From positions 1 to 51,346 of IMG/VR virus record IMGVR_UViG_3300006428_000046: a stretch of DNA of 51,346 nt; one strand, 5' to 3'. Below, piece by piece: positions 46,682-51,346 of the stretch (position 1 is the first letter of the stretch; each line of letters starts with the position of its first letter). The position numbers were made by a program, and so were the translations under genes. Source of the DNA: a virus (Duplodnaviria > Caudoviricetes). The notes beneath the pieces are model-generated. The model did no database searches. It worked only from the letters and a program-made list of their open reading frames with translations, and had not been told where the DNA came from.

Positions 46682-46908
46682 GAACTTTCATATCCGCTTT
46701 CCTTGCTGACCTTCTCGTACCAGTCGAGGATATTGCAAGACTCACTTACAATTTCATCAACCTTTGCACCATTACGAGTACCGGCAAGAATAGCACTCAT
46801 GGTGGAGCGGTCAGTATCTACACCTCTTTTGCGAAGCATTCCGATTAACCAAGTAGAGGTTAGGTTGTTGACCCTCAGCCGAAAGCGGATATTTTCACGT
46901 TCATTCAC
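46678..46908 (-). CDS. Cro-like HTH regulator
   Basis: WL...L..RG...DRS.MS..L.G.R; first gene divergent from the repressor. Confidence 0.75.
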   Translation of the reverse strand: MNERENIRFRLRVNNLTSTWLIGMLRKRGVDTDRSTMSAILAGTRNGAKVDEIVSESCNILDWYEKVSKESGYESS

Positions 46909-46949
46909 CGTTTTTCCTCCCTTCTTCCATTATTTATGAACAATTTTTG

Positions 46950-46978
46950 TTGACAGCTAAGTGTTCTAATGCTATACT
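46950..46978 (+). promoter_or_regulatory. Rightward (lysogenic) promoter
   Basis: TTGACA-17-TATACT with extended -10 TG. Confidence 0.75.
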
Positions 46979-47079
46979 TTGGGTGTCAAGCAAAAATAAG
47001 CATTGGAGACTCAAACCATCGAAAGTTCCAGCTTTCGGGGGTCGGCTTTTTGTTGTCAAAATTTCTTGTTCACAATGAG

Positions 47080-47108
47080 AGTATATCTCGATTTCTCGTG
47101 ATTGTCAA
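47080..47108 (-). promoter_or_regulatory. Leftward (lytic) promoter
   Basis: TTGACA (47108-47103), 17 nt, TATACT (47085-47080) on the minus strand. Confidence 0.72.
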
Positions 47109-47154
47109 TATCAAAATCACAATTTGTCGAGATTTATTTTCTAAGGGAGTATTT

Positions 47155-47523
47155 ATGACTTTTTACGAACGATATGACACTCTTTGTCAGGAAAAAGGAT
47201 TTTCAGGCCAGTCAAAGCAAGCCTTTGATTTAATTGGCTTGGGTAAAGGTACAGTGGGCGGTTGGAAGAAAAACGGCAATATTCCTGCTGCTGAATATCT
47301 CATTGTCGTATCTCAATTTTTCGAGGTCAGTATTGATTACCTCGTTGGCTTAACAGATGTTCGTGAAAGAGGAATTGAACTGTCCAAGGAAGAACGTGAT
47401 TTATTAAACCGGTTCAGAAACCTCGATGACGATGGTAAATATGTTGTCATGGGTAATGTTATCGAGGAAGAAAGAAGCATCGAAAAAAAGAAAAAACATT
47501 CTCCTGAACAGTCTGTTGGATAA
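47155..47523 (+). CDS. CI-like XRE repressor
   Basis: HTH (IGLGKGTV..WK...P), F.VSIDYLVG; start MTFYERY after AAGGGAG. Confidence 0.85.
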   Translation: MTFYERYDTLCQEKGFSGQSKQAFDLIGLGKGTVGGWKKNGNIPAAEYLIVVSQFFEVSIDYLVGLTDVRERGIELSKEERDLLNRFRNLDDDGKYVVMGNVIEEERSIEKKKKHSPEQSVG

Positions 47524-47558
47524 TAAGATAATCGACCTTGAAGAATGGAGACGTATTT

Positions 47559-49091
47559 ATGGCTTATGAAGACATTCAGACTTGTTGCCTTTATCTGAGA
47601 TATAGTGATCGTTCTCAGTCGGAACAATCAATTGAAGGGCAATTTCATGTATGTCAGGAATTTTGCAAACGGAATAACATTCGTATTGTGCAACAGTATG
47701 TTGATCGTGCCACTTCCGCTCGTAGCACCGAGAAACGTGAAAAATTCATGGAAATGATACAGGCCAGTGATAAACACCCATGGGACGCTGTAATTGTCTA
47801 TAAACTTGACCGCTTTTCAAGAAATCGTTACGACTCTGCCAAGTACAAACATAGGTTAAAACGTAATGATGTAAAACTGATCTCTGCTACTGAGAATCTG
47901 AGTGACAATCCTGAAAGCATCATTCTTGAATCGGTGCTTGAAGGTATGGCTGAGTTTTATTCCGCAGAGCTTTCACAAAAAATCACTCGTGGCCTGAGAG
48001 AGTCAGCGTCAAAATGTCATAGTATTGGCGGTCATGTTCCTCTTGGGTATAAGATAGTAGATCATAAATTGGAGGTAGACCCTGCCACGGCACACATCGT
48101 TCAAGAAGCTTTTCAGCTCTATGCCAACGGAGAAACGGTTGCCGACATTTGTAGAAAATTTAACGCCCAAGGCTATAGAACAGCCAAGGGCGCAGAATTT
48201 AACCGAAACAGTTTTAAGTCCATGTTCAAAAACGAAAGATATATCGGAGTGTATACCTACCGTGATATGAGAATTGAGGATGGTGTTCCAGCTATCGTTG
48301 ATAAAGAGTTATTCGAGGAAGTATCTCACAGGCTCTCAGTTAACGGTCAGGCACCAGCAAGAGGTAAAGCTAAGGTAGATTACCTTTTAGCCGGAAAGCT
48401 GTTCTGTGGTCACTGTGGAGCTTCCATGAACGGAGAAAGCGGTACCGGCAAGTATGGGGGTATATATAATTACTATACTTGCTACAGCCGAAAGCGAACC
48501 CGCAACTGTGATAAAAAACCTTTGAAGAAGGAATATATTGAAACCATCGTGGCACAAGACGCTATGGCTCTCTTGACAGATGACATTATCGAAGAAATGG
48601 CTGATATGGCAATTTCTCAATCGGACAAGGATTTGAAAGAGAACACTCGAATACCAGAACTTACCGAACAGAAGAAATCAATTGAAAAATCTATCGCCAA
48701 TATTACAAAGGCTATTGAAAAAGGCGTTGCTTCCGATACTCTCATGCAGCGGCTAATGGAACTGGAAGACGAAAAGAAAGACGTTGAATTTCAATTGGTG
48801 GATGAAGAAAAATATATCTTCCGTATTGACAGAGATCAGGTAGTCTTCTGGTTGAGTCAGTTCAAACAGGGTGACATACAAGATGAAAAATTCAAGAGTC
48901 ATATCATTGACTTGATGATAAACTCAGTCACCGTTTGGGACGAGCCTGACGGCTTCCGAATTACCACGGCCTACAACCTAACTTCCTGTAAAACCAAGAC
49001 TTTCAGGGTTAACAAGGACTCTGAGATTTCTTTTAACGGGGAGTTCGGATTTGAGGAGTCAAAGTCCACCACGAAAGCCGCAAAATCATAA
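47559..49091 (+). CDS. Prophage large serine integrase
   Basis: YLRYS, DRFSR, PLGY, CGHCG Zn ribbon, coiled coil; spans the right att core. Confidence 0.93.
   Translation: MAYEDIQTCCLYLRYSDRSQSEQSIEGQFHVCQEFCKRNNIRIVQQYVDRATSARSTEKREKFMEMIQASDKHPWDAVIVYKLDRFSRNRYDSAKYKHRLKRNDVKLISATENLSDNPESIILESVLEGMAEFYSAELSQKITRGLRESASKCHSIGGHVPLGYKIVDHKLEVDPATAHIVQEAFQLYANGETVADICRKFNAQGYRTAKGAEFNRNSFKSMFKNERYIGVYTYRDMRIEDGVPAIVDKELFEEVSHRLSVNGQAPARGKAKVDYLLAGKLFCGHCGASMNGESGTGKYGGIYNYYTCYSRKRTRNCDKKPLKKEYIETIVAQDAMALLTDDIIEEMADMAISQSDKDLKENTRIPELTEQKKSIEKSIANITKAIEKGVASDTLMQRLMELEDEKKDVEFQLVDEEKYIFRIDRDQVVFWLSQFKQGDIQDEKFKSHIIDLMINSVTVWDEPDGFRITTAYNLTSCKTKTFRVNKDSEISFNGEFGFEESKSTTKAAKS
49042..49071 (+). 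other. Right attachment site (phage arm AGTTCGGAT + core TCCACCA)
   Basis: Core identical to the tRNA 3' end; followed immediately by a terminator. Confidence 0.82.
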
Positions 49092-49108
49092 GATTTTGCG
49101 GCTTTTTT
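49074..49108 (+). terminator. Intrinsic terminator (probably the original tRNA terminator)
   Basis: AAAGCCGCAAAATC-ATAA-GATTTTGCGGCTTT-TTT. Confidence 0.85.
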
Positions 49109-49440
49109 ATAACTTTTCGGAGAATTTTGAGGGCCTGCGAACCTGCCGTTTCCACGCTTTTTCGCAAAATTGGCCTCGCCTGGTTCGCATCCTATTTTCC
49201 CATGTGAAAAAGAGGGCAAGAATTGAATCAAAAGCCATCCCTAAAATGCCACAGGCAAAACAGCCCCAAAACCTTAGAAGTTGCGAACCATACCCTGCGC
49301 TCGGTTCGCATCTAAATTCCCAAAAGTATTGCAATATCAAGAAAAATCGAACTTCTCCCCAGAAGTACAATAGGGTGCTCAGGGCCAACATTCTGCAAAG
49401 AATGTTGGCCTTTTTATTTTATCAAAATACAATTTAAGGA

Positions 49441-50139
49441 GTGAACCGAATGAAACAGAATAATTCGAAAAATAGGACTGATTTTTTTGCGGAGATCGGC
49501 ATCGTGCTGCAGCGAGACGGCTATGATACTTCCGTCCCTGACAATGGACTGCTGCCCGTATTGGTAGACAGGCTTCCCCTCTGCCGGATCAGCGAAACCG
49601 GCAGCGTCAGATACCGGGACGCGGATATTGGAAGCGTGGAGCGCGAAGATGCTTTGCACGAAATAACCCAGACTGCGGAAACTGTGTCGGAGTATATGAA
49701 GCTCATGGATGCGGCTCCGCTTCTCAAGGCGCAGGGGCTGGACGAGACGTACAAGCTGCTGGCCGATTTCAACGGTGTTGTCCTTGCCGGTCATCCCAGC
49801 CGTCTTGGCGTTCAGTTCGTGACATGGGATTGGGACTATGAGCGGACCGGCGTATCCCAGGGACATTATATGTCGAACCATTACGAAGCGGCGAAGAAGG
49901 ACTTCGCCGTGCGCAGCGGCCTTGTTCGGGAGCAACAGCTCTTCTCACCGGAGCACCTCACGGAAATATATCGATGCGTTCAAGATACGCTGGATCATCC
50001 TTATAATCTCACCTATGACCGGGAAAAATGCCTTGGCAAAATACAGGAGCAAATCACAAATCTCGTGCCTGACTTGCAGCAGCGGATTGCACAAGCACAG
50101 CCGCTGGAGAAATCTGCATTCACAGAGCCAACTATGTAA
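49441..50139 (+). CDS. Conserved hypothetical protein of Clostridia ICE-like elements
   Basis: LLADFNGVVLAG, QFVTW..DY, GHY, AKKDFAVRSGL motifs; higher GC than the prophage (visual impression). Confidence 0.7.
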   Translation: MNRMKQNNSKNRTDFFAEIGIVLQRDGYDTSVPDNGLLPVLVDRLPLCRISETGSVRYRDADIGSVEREDALHEITQTAETVSEYMKLMDAAPLLKAQGLDETYKLLADFNGVVLAGHPSRLGVQFVTWDWDYERTGVSQGHYMSNHYEAAKKDFAVRSGLVREQQLFSPEHLTEIYRCVQDTLDHPYNLTYDREKCLGKIQEQITNLVPDLQQRIAQAQPLEKSAFTEPTM

Positions 50140-50153
50140 AATAAATTAGCATA

Positions 50154-50196
50154 AAAAGCGCCGAAGTTTTCATCATGAAGACTCCGGCGCTTTTTT
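50154..50196 (+). terminator. Intrinsic terminator
   Basis: AAAAGCGCCG.AGT.TTCAT / ATGAAGACT.CGGCGCTTTTTT. Confidence 0.7.
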
Positions 50197-50217
50197 GCAT
50201 TCAGGAAGGAAATCACA

Positions 50218-50466
50218 GTGGAGCATGTAAATAACCGACGCAGGCGTCAGCCCCTGTCTGCACCGAAAAATCCGCCCGTGCGGGAGGAACGTCCCGTTTG
50301 TTCTTTGTTCGAGCGATGTAAAAGCTGTCCCTATCCCCGGCATGGCTTTATCTGCTGGAATCGTGATGAGAGCTGCCTTCGCACAGATATGCAAAAAATC
50401 GATTCCATCACCCGTCTAAACAGCAGTGATCGTCTCTACTATATCGGTGGCGAAAATGGACTCTGA
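50218..50466 (+). CDS. Small Cys-rich hypothetical protein
   Basis: GTG start after AGGAAGG; C..CPY..HGFIC. Confidence 0.5.
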   Translation: MEHVNNRRRRQPLSAPKNPPVREERPVCSLFERCKSCPYPRHGFICWNRDESCLRTDMQKIDSITRLNSSDRLYYIGGENGL

Positions 50467-50491
50467 AATGAGAATATAAGGAGGACGCGAT

Positions 50492-51346
50492 ATGCAATTT
50501 CAAGCAGTACTGTCAAATCAGCATCACCCGGAATCCGGTGTGGTCACAGTGCCCTTCCCGATTCCGAGAGCGGAATACGACAACACCATTGCGCTGTTGG
50601 GACCGCTGGAGATCGGTGATGCGGTCAGGCGCGACTGCCGCATTGATGAAGTCAGCGGCGGTTTTCCGGTACTGAAACAACTGGAAAGGACCAATGTAAA
50701 CCTCGACGAACTGGATTACCTCGCCAAGCGTTTGGACAGCTTCGACGATTATGAGAAAACAGAGTTTCAGGGTATGGCGTCCCGGCTGGATCTCCATGGC
50801 GTGGACGAGTTCATCAACCTGACCTTCTGCTGTCAGGAGGTCACCGTGGTCACGGACTTTAACAATCTGGAATCTCTTGGGCGCAGGCACTACCTGACGC
50901 TGGGCGGCGGGGCGTCCATGGAGGATATGCAGGGCAGGGACTTCCGCTCGGTAGCGCTGGCATTGCTCGACGGCGAGGTCGGGCGGGTCACCCCCTACGG
51001 CGTGGTTTATGACAACGGCTTTGAAATATCGCAGCTCTATGACGGCCACAGTTTTCCACAGTACCGCTACAAAGACATCATCACAAAGCACTATGCCCTT
51101 GGCATGAGCGGCGGCGAGATTGCCGAGACACTCGACGTCAGCAAATCGGGTGTCAACGATTTTCTACATGCATTCAAAAGTTGCGGGGACTTGAGTTACC
51201 CTCTCCCCAAAGGGATTACCAACTACGGCATTGCCGCAGCGGTCTACGGCCAGAAACCCGCCATCGTTGGGCGAGATCTCAGTTACGAGCAGCCGGACTA
51301 CGAAGCGGTTGCAAAGGATATCAAAGCCGGTTTCCCGGTTATATAG
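50492..51346 (+). pseudogene. Chimeric ORF: ArdA-like/ICE protein 5' part fused to an IS21-type transposase N-terminal fragment
   Basis: NLDELDYLAKRLDSF...INLT...TPYG (ICE antirestriction-like) then an abrupt HTH segment GMSG.EIA..L.VSKSGVNDF...PDY. Confidence 0.55.

Larger units (their letters stand above)
5392..49071. mobile_element. Complete temperate siphovirus-type prophage, ~43.7 kb
   Basis: Direct core TCCACCA at 5392-5398 and 49065-49071; full lysis, tail, head, packaging, replication, repressor and integrase modules lie between them. Confidence 0.92.

Noticed and set aside
1682-49279. 12-bp match AAAACCTTAGAA at 1682-1693 and 49268-49279
   Set aside because: AT-rich 12-mer matches are expected by chance in 51 kb, and there is no flanking similarity or arm symmetry.

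Overview
The window is dominated by an apparently complete ~43.7 kb temperate siphovirus-type prophage (5392..49071; host probably a Clostridia-class Bacillota, inferred from gene content). It is inserted at the 3' CCA end of a 5'-truncated tRNA-Ala(CGC), with a duplicated core TCCACCA and attP lying inside the 3' end of its own large serine integrase. To its left is the end of another mobile island (large serine recombinase plus an IetAS-like AAA ATPase/S8 protease pair). To its right are ICE-like genes ending in a chimeric ORF. The prophage carries lysis, tail, head, packaging, family-B polymerase/primase-helicase replication, nucleotide-metabolism and immunity modules, plus a complete diversity-generating retroelement (RT, Avd, TR). 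The most striking feature is that the single TR has two adenine-mutagenised targets: the expected tail-tip gene beside it, and a paralogous non-structural gene ~35 kb away in the early operon, each with the same 3' end and its own hairpin. Other notable structure includes an integration-dependent swap of the integrase C-terminus, two 106-bp palindromic elements bracketing the morphogenesis block, a 16-bp operator family linking an accessory cassette to terS, and a triple AGAGAA-loop hairpin array before the scaffold gene. All family assignments are from motif recognition and synteny only; no database search was run, and alignments were counted by hand.
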